From the NCBI GenBank assembly GCA_964016885.1, contig OZ024740.1, positions 55,180,001-55,244,000 of the forward strand: a stretch of 64,000 bases of DNA, read 5' to 3'. Under the pieces are notes generated by a model, which was not told where the DNA came from, ran no database searches, and saw only the letters and a program-made list of their open reading frames with translations. The translations under genes were made by a program, and so were the position numbers. This DNA comes from Eledone cirrhosa. Taxonomy: Eukaryota. Below, piece after piece: positions 60,499-64,000 of this stretch (the first letter of the stretch is position 1; every line of letters starts with the position of its first letter).

Positions 60499-61635
60499 GT
60501 GCGTGTGTCTGTATGTGTGTGTACGGGTTGTGTGCCTGAGTGTGTGTGTGGTCATGTGGTGGGGCGTATATCAGTTAAAAATTATAAGTGAGCCAAATAA
60601 CTGAGGGGCATAAAAACTTGAAGAAGAGCGCATGAAAATTACCGCTCTTCAACTGTCTGGTCCGTGGGATTATAATGTTGGACGATATAACAAACAGTAC
60701 TGCCCTGTCCAGGGCACATATAGTCTCTAAAGAGAAGAAAATCGAAAGTCGTGCTAGATAACTAGACAAGACAACAACGGTACAGATTGGGACTTTCAAC
60801 TCAATATATGTGAGAGTGTACGTGTGTGAAAATGTGTTTGTGTGCGTGTGGTTTCTGTGTGTGCATGTATGTATCTATACTTAGAAAACTATCTATATGT
60901 TCCTGGTAATATACTGGATTTATGGAATCCGCTGTCCCAGTGACACACATGGTTTCCAGGTCGAGCCAATGCACATATAATTAACAATGAAGTAAGAATG
61001 TAATCCACAAATCTTAAAGTGGATATTCTGACTGATAAAATCAATAACATCGATAATCGAATACAATAGAATGACCCGTTGTTGTTATTTGATTTCCAAT
61101 ATATAACATCAAAATTTGCTTCAAACACGTAAAGTCATGACTGAAATATTCTTCGAAAAAATGGAGGTGGCCACAGCTAGTAAATCATTTGATTATAGAT
61201 GGGTATGACGGAGATTTAAATGGTGTTTTTCTATAACAACAAGAACAAATACAACTAATGGTAACCAGTATATTATGTTTTAATATCCAAGGAAACTTCG
61301 ATGCTATGTACTATATCGAGAAAATATATAAACAATTATTAGGAAGAAAAAAATATATATATATATGTATATTGTGTATGCATTTGTGGGTCTCTTATAT
61401 CCCGTGATATAGCGAGTTAATGAATAGAGGACGAGAAAATACGTAGTATCAGAATGAAATAAGTACTAGTGTCAATTTGTCGACTTTAAACAATTGAAGT
61501 TCTACCCCACCATGATTGTAATCCAATGACTAGGACCTATATATATATACACACACACATATAAACGTGTCTGTGTGTGCAAAATTTAATGCCATCAAGT
61601 GTTTAAGTATAAATTTTGTGTGTATGTATATACTC

Positions 61636-61866
61636 TTAAGAGTCAATGGCCATCCAAAATCACCGGGAGAGATGACCCCTTAGCCTTTGTCAAGGCAGAA
61701 TTCTAGGAGAAGGAAAACTCTGATATAACAATTGCAACCCTGATGGTATCCAATGATGTTGACTTGTTCTTCTTTTTGGTAAATATCATCTTGGTTAAGA
61801 GAGTGGGACTGGCTTTGTGCAGTGCCTTTGCTCACTATAAAAGCTTCACGGCACAGGCATTGCTTT
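61636..61866 (+). mobile_element. Second copy of the RTE-5'UTR-like repeat
   Basis: Colinear similarity to 8874-9265. Confidence 0.55.
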
Positions 61867-62109
61867 ATATCTGGAGATCTCTCTGCACTTGTCGTCACAT
61901 ACTATGGGCCCAGTACTATGTGTCAATAATTGTCAATAATTGTCACAAGTGTAGTGTTTGTACCAGTTTTCAAGTCGCTGGCTGGACTAAAAAGTCACAC
62001 TCGTTCATCGCATCGGTAAGGGTTCTCCTACATGGATATCAAATAGTGACCGTACTTGAAAACGAGTTGGCAGCGACCATATATATATCTAAAAAAAAAA
62101 GTATAAAGT

Positions 62110-62720
<611 letters not shown>

Positions 62721-63421
62721 AGATACTTTCTTGTGCTTCAGATCAAATTCATCTATTGTGTCAATATCTGGCTATTTAAAACCCGATAGCATAAAATTAA
62801 AAAAGAAATATCATATTAATATAAAAGTAAACAATAAAAATTTAGAAGCATAAGCGAAAACTTTCGAAAGAAAATTAAAGTGGTAACTTCACCACAGAAC
62901 GGTACAGAGAATATATCATTGACAGTCAAGATTTCATGAAAATGAATTGATTTTTAAATTAAATGCAGCATTGGAACGTGATTTTCACTGTGTATTTGTC
63001 GATGTTTGTGCGCGTGCTATTATGTTGTTTACTAGTTGGTTTATATTTTAGTATTCTCCTTTTCTTTATTCATTCAGTTATTTATTTATGTGTTTGCTGT
63101 CAATATAGTTGTAGTTATTGTTATGTAGTTGAACATGTTGGTGATGGATGCTATGATATAGCTGTTGTGCTGTATATAAGGATTACATTGTTTGAAACAT
63201 TTTTTTGTTTGTTTGTATATGTTTAATCTTACCGTTATTGTTTATCTATCTCTGAGCAAACTGCCATAGATAGATATTGCATCTGTTGTGTTTGTTGAAT
63301 TCTGTTGTTTTGTATTTGTAAATGCAGATAGCATACATTACACCGTGCGTTTCCACCACTTCTCACGTTACTGATTAAGCGATTCTTGTTTTCTTTTTAA
63401 ATAATAATATTCCAATAGCAT

Positions 63422-63615
<194 letters not shown>

Positions 63616-64000
63616 GTACAATTTGTAATTTATAATGAATAATTCCATTTCACTAACATGATAAGTGGATTTCTTAAGCAATTCTCCTCAATTGAACGAA
63701 CACTGAAAAACCATCAAGAAAGCCATCTCAAAATATCTCAAAAATATCTTTAAATTATTTTGAATTGGAGTTTCGATCACTGACACATGTTTTATGTAGG
63801 TTGGGAATGACTGGGGATTGGGTTGCTTAACAGAAATGCTGCCACTTGTCACAGGAATAAAGAATTAAATGCGGTTGAAAAACATTATGATGCATTATTG
63901 TTTGGAGATATGTTGGCACAGACTCACTAAACTTATGATAAATGGTATTCTAACAGTGACCATCGCGTTTTCTATAACTTATTCTGTACTTATAAAACTT

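Noticed and set aside
60600-60800. Possible RTE endonuclease start (TVQIGTFN) preceded by a GAAGAGCG/CGCTCTTC hairpin
   Set aside because: Only about eight residues of similarity; too short to call.

Overview
AT-rich, microsatellite-saturated eukaryotic non-coding DNA, intergenic or intronic. The SINE families resemble the tRNA-derived SINEs I recall from Octopus, so an octopod cephalopod origin is inferred. I find no supportable host protein-coding exon: almost every ORF in the track is a translation of (TA)n, (CA)n, (TAYA)n, (GA)n or triplet repeats. The non-microsatellite DNA is largely transposon-derived. It includes at least 13 copies of one tRNA-derived SINE, a CORE/V-type SINE, RTE-clade and R4/Dong-clade LINE relics (one with a 5' inversion), two Helitron pieces, and hAT, piggyBac-like and TA-flanked MITEs. 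The main hidden structure is a set of short non-coding elements sitting inside (TA)n tracts, often as long inverted repeats with an unpaired tail. These carry minimal type I hammerhead ribozyme motifs: six copies with both core strands in three diverged subfamilies, several 3' half-motifs, and a CAGAAGA core variant. That architecture fits pseudo-LTRs of microsatellite-targeting Penelope-like retroelements. Coordinates were counted by eye and boundaries may be off by a few bases; family names come from recall, not a database search.
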